Source of the DNA: Antedon mediterranea
Lineage: Eukaryota; Animalia; Echinodermata
DNA: 64,000 bases
Assembly (NCBI RefSeq): GCF_964355755.1
Contig: NC_092677.1
Coordinates: forward strand, 1,386,101-1,450,100
Reading direction: 5' to 3'
Shown here: one piece after another, positions 1-13,173 of the stretch
Layout of the letters: each line of letters begins with the position of its first letter
How positions within the stretch are numbered: the stretch's first letter is position 1
Program-made: the position numbers and the translations under genes
The notes under the pieces: model-generated
Told to the model about the DNA's origin: nothing
Database searches by the model: none
The model's input: only the letters and a program-made list of their open reading frames with translations

Positions 1-1184
1 GCCACACTGTCAATAGGTTGGTTGAAAAATAAACTTTTTAACTGTTGATACAAACATATCATATTTTTGAATATTTTCTGTAAGGACCAAACTGCCTGTC
101 ATAATTAATTGGTTAATATTGCTATTATGTTATGTGGTAATAAAAATGAAGCACAGCTACACAACAAAAACTGCTTGAAGTTGGGGAAAATGTTTGGAAG
201 AAAGAAAGGGAAATGTTTTAATACTGAACTTTTGCAAACGATAAGGTTTCTTATTTAGTTTTTTTTTTTTAGTTATAGAAGGCTTTATGTGATATGACGT
301 GTTTTAATAATATTACAATATTTCTCTATTTCTTTAGCACTGACGACAACTTCTTTTATATCCAGTAAGTCAACTACATGAAGGTTCTGTTTGTTTGCAT
401 TGTATTTTAAATTTCCGGGATTTTGCATTTGCGAAAAGAAAAAAAAAAGATAAAAATGGAAAGGATATCCCCCGCTCCACCCCAGGATCTGTATGAGTGC
501 TTAAAAGGAAAATAAGTATGACCTTTGTATATTTGTCAACACTATATTATTGTAAAAAATTAAATTAAAACACATTGTAACACTATATCCTTCTGTATTA
601 TTTGTTCAGTTTTAAGTACAGAAGTTCCAAAGAAAGAGAATGATTGTAATTCAACTGGTCTTGTTGTTGGAATGGCGTTTGTTGGTGTGCTTATTGGATT
701 CATTATCTGTTTGCTTGTGGGTTTTATCATCAGCAAAATAAGGAAGTCACATGTACAGGTAAAGTATAATTCAGAAAGTAGAACCAGAAGCAAAAGTTTA
801 GACTTAAAAATAATGACCAAAGGTTTAATATACCGCATACTTAAGTAATGGAAACTATTTTAACATTAAATATGATATTTTATTTTAAAGGTACCTACAT
901 CGAAAAACACCAACCAATCAGGGGTAAGGATGTTACTTTAATTTAATTATTCAATTTCACTCGTCGTCCTCACTATTGTTACCAATATATCAATAAAGGT
1001 TTACACGATTTTCATTCTTCTTTTTGCATGCACTAAACTGTTGTATTTTGTTTAGCAGCAGGAGTATATGACTTATACTGGAGAGACAGATAAAGAAACC
1101 AACCACACATACCAAGATTTACAGAAGAAAGACGATAATCAAGCTGTATATGTAAATGTTAAAGCAAAAAAGGACAACAAATAA
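1..1184 (+). CDS. Ig receptor G1, 3' part only (end of C2 exon 1-16; stalk 338-364; TM 610-758; 891-923; tail 1056-1184)
   Basis: GT-AG exons splice in frame: ..ATLSI-ALTTTSFIS-ILSTEVPKKENDCNSTGLVVGMAFVGVLIGFIICLLVGFIISKIRKSHVQ-VPTSKNTNQSG-QQEYMTYTGETDKETNHTYQDLQKKDDNQAVYVNVKAKKDNK*. The 5' exons lie outside the window. Confidence 0.85.
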
Positions 1185-2202
1185 TATACATGTTTAAAAT
1201 AAAAATAAAATAAATATATTATTATAATTAATAGAATCATTGCAATGCTTTGAAACTACAATCACATACCTCTTGTTAATTTTATTATAGAAATAAAGAG
1301 AAATTAACTTTGAGAAAGTGTTTTCTCTATCTTAATTTAAAATTTAATAACAAAGAAATGTGAATGCTGCAATGTGTATCATCATTAACTAAACAAAGTG
1401 TACACAAGTACGTATAGTGACATCTACACCAATGGTATAATATAGCAAAATGTGAAGTAAATATCAAATTTGTAATGTAATGTAAAGATGAAAACCATAA
1501 ACATATAACTTGCAAAATATGAAAATAAGATATGTAACTAACAACGATACATTTATTAAAATTGAATTTCTTGTTTTTAGTTGTTGGAATTAAAACTTGC
1601 TTGTACTAGACCAACTTTGATGATCCGTTAATGTTTGAATGCATTAGTACATTGATATAGAAATGAAAATAAACTATACAATCAATGATTTTAACACCAA
1701 TACACGTAGCGTTATTTAAATTTAATTCACCTTCTAGATGTGTATTGGTTGAGTGCTACCATATATTTACAGAAAATTGAGTAATGTTCAAATTGATTTT
1801 GAAACGGAAAAATTAAACTCTATGGACAAATTGGACCGGGCCTTAAAGTTGGGTGCGATGCTGGTTCATTTCTGTTTTTAAAGAAAACATTTAAGAAATA
1901 CCACAGTTTGAGTTTGCGCGGTTGAACGCACTGTATAAATAAGGCCTAAAACCATGTGTTTAAATAATTGTTATTAATTAAAAAGATAAAGTACCATCTT
2001 GATTTGGAAGGAAATACAGTGCACTATTGTGAAGGAAGTAAAACTAATATATCACAAGTGTGAATGGCAATCTAGAATCATAACAATGACAGGAACAATC
2101 AATAATTCAGTATACAATACAGTAGAGTGTGGAAGAGTGCGAGACAATAAAAGTGAAATAGTCATCACCTAATAAAGCGGAAAAGATTACATATTCGATG
2201 CG

Positions 2203-4485
2203 ATGGAGGCAAGATGTACAAGTGCGATAGTCTTCTAATTGTTAAACTTTGTGGTTGTAAGTACAAATATTAAAAATATCTTCTTTTTTTTTCACAAAAT
2301 GACGCAATCGTAAATCGTTATTTGTTTAATTTAGTTTCAGATACAAGTGCACAAACACCAGTGCCAATGGATGCTGCTAAAGCCAAAGAGTTTGAAAATG
2401 TAACGATGGTGTGCACTTATACATTTCTGAAAGGAGATTCATTGTTGCAACTGGCTTGGTCAAAAACTGATGACAATGGTCAACAAAATAGGACCTGCTC
2501 TTGTGGTTTCTACAGGACTAACAACCAATGGTCGATACAGTTTGTCCAATAATAATCTTATAATAACTGATGTTGAACGAGGTGATACAGGCAACTATCG
2601 TTGTGCTTTTAGCACTAATCTTGGAAATTCTGGTGAAAACTTTGCAGCACTCACAGTCAATTGTGAGTATAATTATATACTGTGCAGAATTTGTATTTAA
2701 AACAATAAATCTCTTAATTAAAGTAATCTTTTAACCTAAAATGTTGATTTCCGACTTTTAAAGTTACTTTAGAATTTAGTTCAGTAATTAATTAGTAATA
2801 ATAATAATAACAGTACAGTAATTTTGAATTCAAATGAACATCAGCTAGTTTAAGCATATACAGGTCAAATAGCAATGTAAGTTAACAACAGTGAAAACTG
2901 ATGAGACAAATTTTCCTATGCATTAATGACGTCTTAGCCAATTTTAGACGACGGCTGTATATATGGTAAGCGCATATCGGAAGTATTATATCGCAATTGT
3001 CCTGATATCATATAGTATGTTCATCCCTAATACATTGTCAAACTATGGTTACCGGTAAATTCTTAATACGCAGATCTTGAAACACCCGTTGTGACTCCAA
3101 CCAAATTGTCTGCCAAGATGGATGATACAGCAGAGTTTTCTACTGAACCTGTTGGATTCCCAACACCGATTACCATCACATGGATCAAAGATGACGTCAC
3201 ACTTGATATTTCTGACATGCAAAAGTGTCCGCCTTCTGATGCAACATTGAAGATTAATAATGTAAATGAAACGGATGCAGGAGTGTATAAGTGTAGTGCA
3301 GAGAATGGTGCTTATAGTGGAGAAGAAGGAAAACTTAGTAATACTGCCACACTGTCGATAGGTTGGTTGGAAAATAAACATTTTAAATGTTGATACAAAA
3401 ATATTATATTTTATTGATATTTTCTGTAAGGACTAAATTGCCTGTCATAATTAATTGGTCCTATTATGCTATGTAGTAATGAATCTAAAGCACTGCAGCT
3501 ACACAACAAAAACTGGAAGTTGGGGGAAATGTTTGGGAAAAAGAAGGGAAATGTTTTAATACTGAACTTTTACATTGGTGCGATACGATAAGGTTTCTTA
3601 TTTTTTTTTTTTTTATTATAAAAGGCTTTTTGTGATATGACGTGTTTTACTAATATTGCTTGTTTCTCTATTCTTTTAGCATTAACGACAACATCTTTTA
3701 TATTCAGTAAGTCAACTACACGTAGGTTCTGTTTGTTTGCATTGTATTGTAAATTTCCAGGTTTTTGCTTTTGCGAAAAGAAAAAATGATAGAAATGGAA
3801 AGGGATATTTCCCTCCATCCCCATGATCTGTATCACTGCTTAAAAGGGACAATAATGATGTCCTTTGTATATTCAACATTACATTATTGTAAACATGTTT
3901 AAAACACATGGAAACACTAATCCTTCTGTTTTATTTGTTCAGTTTTAAGAAAAGAAGAAGTTCCAAAGAGAGAGAATGATTGTAATTCAACTGGTCTTGT
4001 TGTTGGAATGACGTTTGTTGGTGTGCTCATTGGATTCATTATATGTTTGATTGTGGTTTTTATCATCAGCAAAATAAGTAAGTCACATGCACAGGTAAAG
4101 TATAATTCAGACAGTAGAACCAAAATAAAAAGTGTAGCCTTAAAATGACAAATAGTTTAATGAAATACCGCAACTTAAGTAATGGAAACTATTTTAACAT
4201 TAAATATGATGTTTTATTTTGAAGGTACCTACATCGAAAAAAACCAACCAATCAGGAGTGAGGATGTTACATCAACATTCATCATTTATTATTATTACTA
4301 TTGTTACCAATATATCAATAAAGGTTTACACGATTTTCATTCTTCTTTATTTTTTTTTTAGCAGCAGGCGTATGTGACTTATACTGGTGAGACATATAAA
4401 GAAACAAACCACAGAAGATTTACAGAAGAAAGATGATAATCAAGCTGTGTATGTAAATGTTAAAGCTAAAAAGGACAACAAATAA
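2203..4485 (+). pseudogene. Ig receptor G2 pseudogene (leader ~2203-2254, V 2335-2662, C2 3074-3361, stalk 3680-3706, TM 3943-4094, 4225-4257, tail from 4362)
   Basis: Three lesions relative to paralogues: a 1-nt loss in the leader creating TAA; a frameshift in V (ORFs 2322-2552 and 2470-2700 are the two halves); a 5-nt deletion in the tail exon giving ..NHRRFTEER*. Confidence 0.85.
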
Positions 4486-5473
4486 AATATATGTTTAAAA
4501 TGAAAGTAAATAAATATATTATTATTATTAATATTAAAGGAATATCATTGGTTTTAAACTACAATTACATACCTCTTGTTGATTTTATTATAAAAATAAA
4601 GAGAAATCAAAACATTGAGAAAGTGTTTTCTTTCTCTTGATCTCTATAACGCGTACAAATTAGAAACAAAGAAATTTGAATGCTGTGATTTGTATCATCA
4701 TTAACTAAACAAAATATACACAAGTACTTATAGTGACATTGTATATGCCAATGTGATGTAACAACATTTGATGTAAAGATGAAAACCATAGACATACTTG
4801 AAAAATGTAAAAACAACGATAAATTTATTAGAATTGTATTTCTTGTTTTGATTTGTTGGAATTAAAACTTGCTTGTATTAGACCAACTTTGATTTGTTAC
4901 TTTAAATTCAATGTTTGAATGCATTACTAGTACATTGACATATAATTATTCCAGCATTGAAGGAAAATAAACTTGACAATCAATAATTTTAACACCAATT
5001 TTAATTTAATTTGCCTTCAAGATGTTGCTTGCTGCCATGGTTTTTCAAAGAGTTGAATAATGTTCAAATTGATCTTTAAACGGAAACAAATTAATTCTAG
5101 GGACAAATTGGACCGGGTTTGGGTGCAATTGAGGTTCATTTCTGTTTTTAAGGAAGACATTTTAGAAATACCAGTTTGAGTTTGAACTGTTTGAACGTAC
5201 TGTATAAATAAGGCCTAACACCATGTCTTTAAATAACGGTAACTAATTGAAAAGATTAATTTGATCATCTTGATTTGGACGCAAGTACATTACACTATAA
5301 TTATGAAGGAAGTAAAAATAATATAATACAACAATGAACGGCAATTCATCTCAATCATAACAACGACAGGAACAACAACAACAACAGTATACAATACCGT
5401 AGAGTGCGAGACAATAAAAGTGTAGTCACCACCTAATAAAGCGGAAAAGATTTCCATATTCTATAGAACTGCA

Positions 5474-7291
5474 ACGAAAGCAAAATGTACAAGTGCGATA
5501 GTGCTGTTGTTGTTGTAAGTACAAATATTTAAAAAAGATTCACAAAAGGACGCAATCGTAAATCCCTATTTTTTCGGATTTTTTATTTTAGTTGCAGATA
5601 GAAGTGGTCAAACACCAGTGACAGTGGATGCTGCAACAGCCAATGTAACAATGATGTATACTCCTACATTTCTGACAGGAGATTCATTGCTTACTGGCTT
5701 AGTCGACAGGTGATGATAGTGGTCAACAAGAATTAGGAAGTCCTCTTGTGATTTCTAAAACCAACCAATGGTCGATACAGCTTGTCCAATAATAGTCTGA
5801 TAATAATTAATGTTGAAAGAGATAATAATAACTATCGTTGCGCTGTTAATACTAATTTAGGAAATGATGGTGAAACCTTTGCAGCACTCACTGCCAATTG
5901 TGAGTAGTAGATGATGCATTTTATACAGAATTTACACTTATTGACTTTCAAAGTGAGATGATGCTTAAAAATATAAAATATAAAATCAAATGCCAATTAA
6001 TTATCTGGTTGGGGTGCACTGTGAGTAAAAAATACAAATTAAGTTCAGGACAAAGTACAAAAAGAGCGAATGTGGCTGTCATAAAATATCATAAAAATAC
6101 AGCTAGTTATGTGTCATACATTTACGGATATATATTACATTTAGGTCTAATATTTGAAAAATATTTTAAAATTGGTAAATGTAAACTTTCCATACACAGA
6201 TCTTGATGAACCAGTTTTTAACCTAATGTCTGTCAACGATGAAACCGCAACATTTAAATGTACTGAACCTGATGGATTGCCAACATCAATTACCACCACA
6301 TGGATCAAAGATGACGTCAGACTTGAGATACTGTCGGTCGTCGTATTCGAGCAAGGGTGCTTAACTAACGGCTTTGTTGACTGTGTATGATTTTACGCTT
6401 TAGATAGCGAAAATTTGATTATATTCGTCGTCTCCTAACCGTCGTGTTTCGTAAAGTCCAAATTAACAATTAATGACGTTGATGATGCAGATTAAGGAGT
6501 TTATCAGTGTAGAGCAGATAATGCTACTTACAGTGGAACAGATGTGAAACTTAATACTGCTACACTGTCAATAAGTTGGTAGGAAAATAAACTTTCTATA
6601 ACCAATTACCTGTCGTAATATGGTCCTTTATGGTTAATATTCCTATTATGCTATGTAGTAATGAATTTACACAACGAAAACAGGAAGTTGGGGAAAATGT
6701 TTGGGAAAAAGAAAGGGAAATGAATTCTAAACTTTTGCATTGGTGGGAAACGATAAGGTTTTTTATTTAGTTTATTTTAGTAATATAAATAGCTTTTGTA
6801 ATGAACGCATGACGTGTTTTACTAATATTGCTTGTTCTTTTCTATTTCTTTATCATTGACGACAACATCTTGTAAGCCCACATGATCTGCATGTGTGCTT
6901 AAAAAGTAAAATATGACCTTTGTATGTTTGTCAACATTATACATTATTGTAAAACACATGAAAACACTGATCCTTATCTATTAACGAGTGCGGGCGTATA
7001 TGCATTCAACTGGTCTTGTTGGAATGACGTTTGTTGGTGTGCTCATTGGATTCATTATTTGTTTCCTGTGGGTTTTATTATCAGCAAAAGTAACAATAAA
7101 TAAAAAACAAAGAAGTCAAAGGTAAAGTATATTCTGATTCATAAAGTAGAATTACAACAAAAAATAGTAAAATTCTCAAAGGTTACATGAACTACGGTAC
7201 ACTGCACAAGTAATGAAATGTATTTACATTAAGTTCTTGTTGATGTTTTATTTTAAAGGTATCTACATCAACAAACAGCAACAAATTAGGG
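5474..7291 (+). pseudogene. Ig receptor G3, heavily degraded pseudogene
   Basis: ATG>ACG and shortened leader. V remnant ~5592-5899 has deletions and Cys>Tyr. C2 remnant ~6200-6574 is interrupted by foreign DNA (~6329-6461) and has a TAA. TM remnant at ~7003-7120 and the 33-nt exon at 7259-7291. Tail exon missing. Confidence 0.8.
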
Positions 7292-8116
7292 GTAAGGATA
7301 CCATACAACTTTCAATACTAATTTTCACTCGTCATTATCTATATATAAATTATTTTATGTAAGGGAAAAATTCGGTAAATCCCCCGTACTTCTAGAATTT
7401 CTACTCGATGGTATATAAAGTTGGTTCGTACTTTCGGTACTGATTTTAGCCACCTGATTTAACCCTGCTTACAAATTAAATTGAGTTAGATAATTAGTTA
7501 TTGACAATTAAAAAGAATTTAGGTTCAACGATTTGCCCCAAATAGGGGTGTTTTCCGTGGTATACATTGTGTTATGGATGTCCATCTTGAAAAATACCCG
7601 CACACAATAATACTATCTCCTTCTACGATAATTGATCAGCTCGAGTACAGCATCATAATGTTGAAGAAAGGTCGACCTTTTTAAAAAAATACTATTTGGA
7701 TATATTTAATATAATTATACGTTTATACAAATGTATTGATTTGCGATGAATGGAACATTTCAATCTGTTTGAAGCTTCAAATTCCTCGGCAAATAGAGGG
7801 CGCATTATTTCGTAAGAAGACAGTACTTTACAAATATTGAAAATATGCTTGTTCACAAAAAGTCATCTAAACATTGGGCCTCCGTACAGCATCATGGAGG
7901 AAGTAAACACAAATGTAAATCAATTGGCATTCAGATCCATCAGTGTCCTGAGAGACAAGAGTGAAAGTATCATTTTGGATTTTCAGATTGTTAGGCGTGA
8001 CCAGCATGTACTTCTTAATAAATAATAATAATAAATAACATTTATAAAGCGCAAGAGACAAAGGTTTCAAAGCGCTGTGTTTTCCAAGATCAGTGCAAGC
8101 GTTCTTAACAGAAGTA

Positions 8117-8165
8117 ATGGTGATATGTGAATGTGCACTAATTTTTCTGATTTTCCAAAGCGACT
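8117..8165 (+). other. Orphan leader exon of the G5 type (MVICECALIFLIFQSD, phase-1 donor) with its upstream region
   Basis: ~7810-8258 is homologous to ~14170-14545 (G5 upstream region, leader and start of intron 1). Homology breaks at the RT fragment. Confidence 0.75.
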
Positions 8166-8257
8166 GTAAGTAGAAACTTAAATGTCATGCATGTTATTAG
8201 TATGGTCCTACTATTATTTTAACATAGACTATAAGACTGAAATGGCTATGGACGGTG

Positions 8258-8712
8258 ACTGAATCTATCCAGCCTAGCATGTGCCCGCACACTCCGAAAT
8301 CATGGAGTTTATGAAGAAGCTTAGAGTGGCTGACGCGATCAAACGCCTTTTCCCAGTCCAGAAAAATAGCATCAATAAGAGGATTGGCAATATCAAGGGT
8401 TTTAGCCCATTCATGGTATAAAGAAGTAGCTTGAGTAACACATGAGTGGCCTGGATAAAATCCATGTTGAACAGGGCTAATAAAACCATTACGCTGCAAG
8501 TGTTGGAGGAGATAATCTGCCACAAAGCGCTCAAGTACTTTACCCACGACTGAACAAAGTGAAATAGGTCTATAATTCGATATTTCGTTTCTGTTACCAG
8601 ATTTGAATATCGGAACGACATTGGCTAGCTTCCAATCCAAAGGAACTCTACCCTGATCAAGAGATAATTTAAAGATCCTACACAGGATAGGAGAAATGAT
8701 CGGGGCAGCCAA
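8258..8712 (-). mobile_element. Non-LTR retrotransposon (CR1/L2 group) reverse transcriptase fragment
   Basis: ORF 8197-8712 has P.DWKLANVVPIFKSG, NYRPISL, QHGF and AIFLDWEKAFDRVSH motifs; truncated at both ends. Confidence 0.9.
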
Positions 8713-8834
8713 GCTGATCCATTTGTTGTGATCGGTGAACGTGCAAAAAAATCATACCTTTTGTTGTTACACTATAACAGTATTATTATTATTAATATAA
8801 TTATATTAATTAATTTAAAATGTCATCGAAGCGT

Positions 8835-9300
8835 GCGCATTGGCGATAAAGTAAAATACCTTATTTCATTGTGGGGAAGCCCTGAGTTCAGAGATCGGTT
8901 GGAAGTGAAAAACTGGCGTAAAAGCACCGGCAACAAAATGTCTGTGTTCAACGAGATGGCGGACACGAGAAGATGGGCCATCCTCATAAAGAAGGATTTA
9001 ATATCCCAAACGAAATTGAAGGGGTCGTCGTATAAAGCGGCGAAAGACCGAGTAAATAAATCTGGAGCCGGTGCAAGTACGGGATTTGAACATTTTTCTG
9101 CCATATGATATTTTAGGTCATAGACCAAATATAAACCCAAACCCCAAAATGATCGGCTGGTTGGTATGCCCGACAACCAATCGATAATGCCGAGCACAAG
9201 TGTTCGGTCTAGGCCTGTAACTCCTAAACCAACCACTAATACTTTTAATAACAACGAAGGTAGGTCTATGCGTGCGTTAGAGTTTGGTCAATCGCCAGCG
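8835..9300 (+). mobile_element. Degenerate Myb/SANT-like (trihelix) ORF remnant, probably the PIF/Harbinger accessory protein
   Basis: KYLISLWG..RL..VFNEMA..YKAAKD..NKSGAG..FEHF resembles trihelix Myb/SANT domains of Harbinger elements; interrupted by a stop. Confidence 0.55.
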
Positions 9301-10562
9301 AGTGACATCATATCCGTTTGTAACGCAACTTCGTTGCAGTGAATCTGAACACTTTGCTCTTACGATGCTCATTAAAATATGACCGTGGCTGTGATACGAA
9401 AGCATAATTCCGTAGGTCTGAACATGAGTTTGGTTTAACACAAGTAGGTAAATTTGTGAGCCCTTGGTTTAACACATACGGTAGGTAAATATATGGGCCC
9501 TTTGAGAATAAACTTGCAATACTTTGACAATACTGTAAATACCTATTAACTAGTTTTGGTCCTCATTTGAATCGAACATTTCTTACTGTGAATGTTCGTA
9601 CTGTTAGATGTAATATAAAAATATATACAAATAAACTTTATTACTGAGATTGTGGTTATGCTCTACTTCTGTTAGATATATAAACACATTATTATATACA
9701 AATAAACTTTATACTGACAGTTCCTTCTCAACGTTTGTATTAATTAATAATTACCAATAATATAAACGTCGTAGTGGTGTATCGTGACATGTACTTTAAT
9801 ATTTCAATCGATTATGACAGTGACAGTTTTAACAAAGTATTAAATCGCAAATGTTTTACTGTATTTAGAGGTATATTATTTATAGGCCTATAAAACATGA
9901 ACAAAATATTTCGTTACTGGGTGGATAAAGAATATATTTAAAAATTGTTCCTCTTTGTACCTATCCGCTTTCCCGTCCCTCAACCCTAATGTTACATACA
10001 AAACACAAATTGGGTTTCTTTAAGTGAGTCCAAATTTGGACTCATTTTGTTTCTCCTTCGGAAGTAATTCCCAGGGTGCTAATTTTAGTTGACTACATAA
10101 ATCATCGTGTCTATTTATTCGTTTCTGTAAACGACAATGTATTGTAGTCCTGTGGTACGTACATTTGAAATCGCCAGTTTTGTTACGCTGAAATTACTGT
10201 GTATTCGAGAACCATCTAGTATACATAAGTAGGCCTACATTTCCGTCATTATTTGAAATACAAATAATACAATCATGCGTTTAATGTTATTTCCGTATTA
10301 TAGAGGTGGTTCAAACTTAAGTCGACAATTAAATAAAAAACTAATCATTTAAAATTAAATTCCCGTTGTCTGTGTTTGCGCGGGTGTGTCGATTTGTTAT
10401 CCTGCCGGACCACATAGTTTGGTTTGTGAAACCAGAACAGAAAACGATAATAGAGAGAATGCACATTCACTAGAATTTTATTTTGTTTTTTTCGTCTTTC
10501 TGATTTTAACACTTTGCAGCACAATGTTATATTTCAAAAGCAAGTAACGTAGCGTATTGTAG

Positions 10563-12982
10563 TTTCAGATACAAGTGCCCAAACACAAGTGTCAGTGGAT
10601 GCTGGTACAGCGAGAGAGTTTGACAATGTAACAATGGTGTGTACTCCATCATTTCTGTCAGGAGATTCATTGGTTCAACTGGCTTGGACAAAAGCTGATG
10701 AGAATGGTAAACAAGAAGGAAGTGCTCTTGTTATTTCTCCAGGATTAACATCCAATGGTCGTTACAGTTTGTCCAATAATAATCTTATAATAACTGATGT
10801 TGAACGAGGTGATGCAAGCAACTACCGTTGTGCTGTTAGCACCAATCTTGCAAATCCTGGTGAAAACTTTGCAGAACTCGCAGTCAATTGTGAGTACAGT
10901 ATAGTAGAATTTTATGAATATGCAATTATTTCTTCAAATACAATAAATAAGTGTGAGGATGATACTGTATTTTAGACATTATAATTTGTTTATGTTTAAT
11001 GTAAGAACATTTGGACATACAAGCTACAGTAATTGTTTTGTGTTAACTTATTTTAAACAAGTAGTGTATTTTGTTATTGATTTCATTTGTCAGTTAATTG
11101 TGAGTATAAAGTAAATTATGATGAATATTTGTAATTTGCACATTTCTTCAAATTATAATAAATTTTTGTCAGAATTTCAAAGCGAGATGATGATGCTTAG
11201 AAATATACTTATACAGTACTGTATTAAAAGCTTAGACTTATCAATGTTGTTGAAAAAAATAATTATTTGAAAATGTTTTGTCTTGAATGTTTAGACATAC
11301 AATATTGTACTTGTCGATAAATAGTATTGTGTAGCAATTGAAACAATTAATCACAAATTATTATCAAATTTATCATAAAAATAAAGTTGTGTTTGTGGTA
11401 ATACATGAGTATTTTAAAAATTGTTATGTAAGTTTTCCATGAACAGATATTGACAACCCAGGTTTGAAGCTAATGTCTAACGATGATGAAGCAGCAACAT
11501 TTGAATGTACTAAACCTGACGGATTCCCAACACCAATTAGCATCACATGGATCAAAGATGACGTCACACTTGATGTGTCTGATACACAAAAGTATCCGTC
11601 TTCTGATGCAACATTAACAATTAATGACGTTGATGAAACAGATGAGGGAGTTTATCAGTGTAGAGCAGAGAATGCTGCTTACAGTGGAACAGAAAGAAAA
11701 CTTAGTAACACTGTTACCCTCATCACATTAGGTTGGTACGATTGGAATCAAATAGTTTCATAACTGTTAATTGATACAATGAATACATACTATATATAAA
11801 CAGACATTTCATTCTTTTGGATCGTGTTTTCTCTACCACAAATAATTTTTCTTTTGTTTCTACACTGATATGGATAGCACTGGTGAGCTAACACAACAAA
11901 AATGTTGTTGTTGTTTCTTATTATTATGCAGGTGTTTTGATATGAACGCTTGATACGTTTCGATAATAATGCTTTTTTATTTATTTAGAATTTACGAGTA
12001 TTTCTATATCCAGTAAAGCCTGGTTTCCATAAAATCGCTACACCGTGTCGCCGACTGCTGTCGCCGACAGAGCGTAGCGATTCTATGGAAACGCTATAAT
12101 TTATCGGGGATCTAGTACGCGAGCGCTAAATATTCTTTGGTACACGCGTATACGACTCATCGCCGACAAAATCGGCAAAGTTGAACATGGTTGAACTTTG
12201 CCGATTTGTCAGCGATGAATTGGGGAGACCTCCCCGATGCGCGTCGGCGACATTTGCGCGTGTAGCGATTTCAATGGAAACGGTGTAGCGATTTTATGGA
12301 AACCAGGCTTTAGTCAACTATAAGTACGTTGATTTTTATTATAAAATTGTAAATTTCCGGGTTTCAACGAAAAGAATAAAAATAAATGAATGAAAATAAA
12401 TACAATCCGGGTTTGGTTCCAAAATAGACAAGCATGAAAATGGGACAAATCGATATGAGCATCGGTGTGTCTTAAAAGCAACAACGACAATTAGTATAAA
12501 TCAGAAAAAAAAAAGAAACTACGGTATATACAAAGGTTCCCTGGATCTGTACTGCTTACGCTCTGCATATGTATCACTTACACTTTAATATTATAAAAGG
12601 GTTAATTTCATACAATTATGAAAACACTGACACAGTACTGATAATTGTTCAGTTTTAAGTACAGAAGTTCCAAAGAGTGAGGGCGTGTGTAATTCAACTG
12701 ATTTTGTTGTTGGAATGACGTTTGTTGGTGTGCTCATTGGATTCATTCTCTGTTTGCTTGTGGGTTTTATCATCAGCAAAATAAGGAAGTCACATGAACA
12801 GGTAAAGTATAATTCTGAAAGCAAAAGTGTAGACTTAAATAGACCAAAGTGTGAATGAAATACCGCATACTTAAGTAATAGAAACTATTTTAACATTAAA
12901 TATGATGGTTTATTTTGAAGGTACCTACATCGAAAAACACCAACCAATCAGGGGTAAGGATGCTATACGTCACTTTCACTCG

Positions 12983-13019
<37 letters not shown>

Positions 13020-13173
13020 TTATTATTACTATTGTCACCAATATATCAATAAAGGTTTTACACGTTTTTCATTCTTTTTTATTTATTTTTAGCAGCAGGA
13101 GTATATGACTTATACTGGAGAGACAGAAAGAAACCAACCACACATACCAAGATTTACAGAAGAAAGACGATAA
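10563..13173 (+). CDS. Ig receptor G4 with frameshift-truncated tail and no own leader found (V 10563-10889, C2 11447-11731, stalk 11989-12012, TM 12653-12801, 12921-12953, tail 13093-13173)
   Basis: V, C2 and TM exons are open with canonical C/W/D.x.Y.C. A 2-nt deletion (GAGACAGAAAG vs GAGACAGATAAAG) gives QQEYMTYTGETERNQPHIPRFTEERR*. May be a pseudogene. Confidence 0.7.
12017..12309. mobile_element. MITE, Harbinger/Tourist-like, inserted in the stalk-exon splice donor of G4
   Basis: Perfect 30-bp TIR AGCCTGGTTTCCATAAAATCGCTACACCGT, flanked by TAA/TTA. The empty site GTAAGTCAACTATAAG is seen in G11 (41896). Internal palindrome at ~12158-12218. Confidence 0.9.
12984..13025 (+). repeat. (TCA)n microsatellite in the last intron; shorter versions in paralogues (~19485-19520, ~23448-23466)
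   Basis: Direct inspection. Confidence 0.9.

Noticed and set aside
152-173. RSS-like CACAGCT..ACAAAAACT in the C2-stalk intron, hinting at V(D)J-type rearrangement
   Set aside because: The spacer is only 5 nt (not 12 or 23), the motif is not adjacent to V exons, and each V already has its own leader and C2 exon.
560-838. Recurrent minus-strand ORFs (LLSELYFTCACDFLILL.., also at 3917, 12591, 19100, 23045, 34495 and 37941)
   Set aside because: Antisense shadows of the conserved TM exon, with variable starts and stops.
7337-7760. Possible Helitron 5' end (TCTATATATAAA) truncating G3
   Set aside because: No convincing 3' hairpin plus CTAG end could be located.
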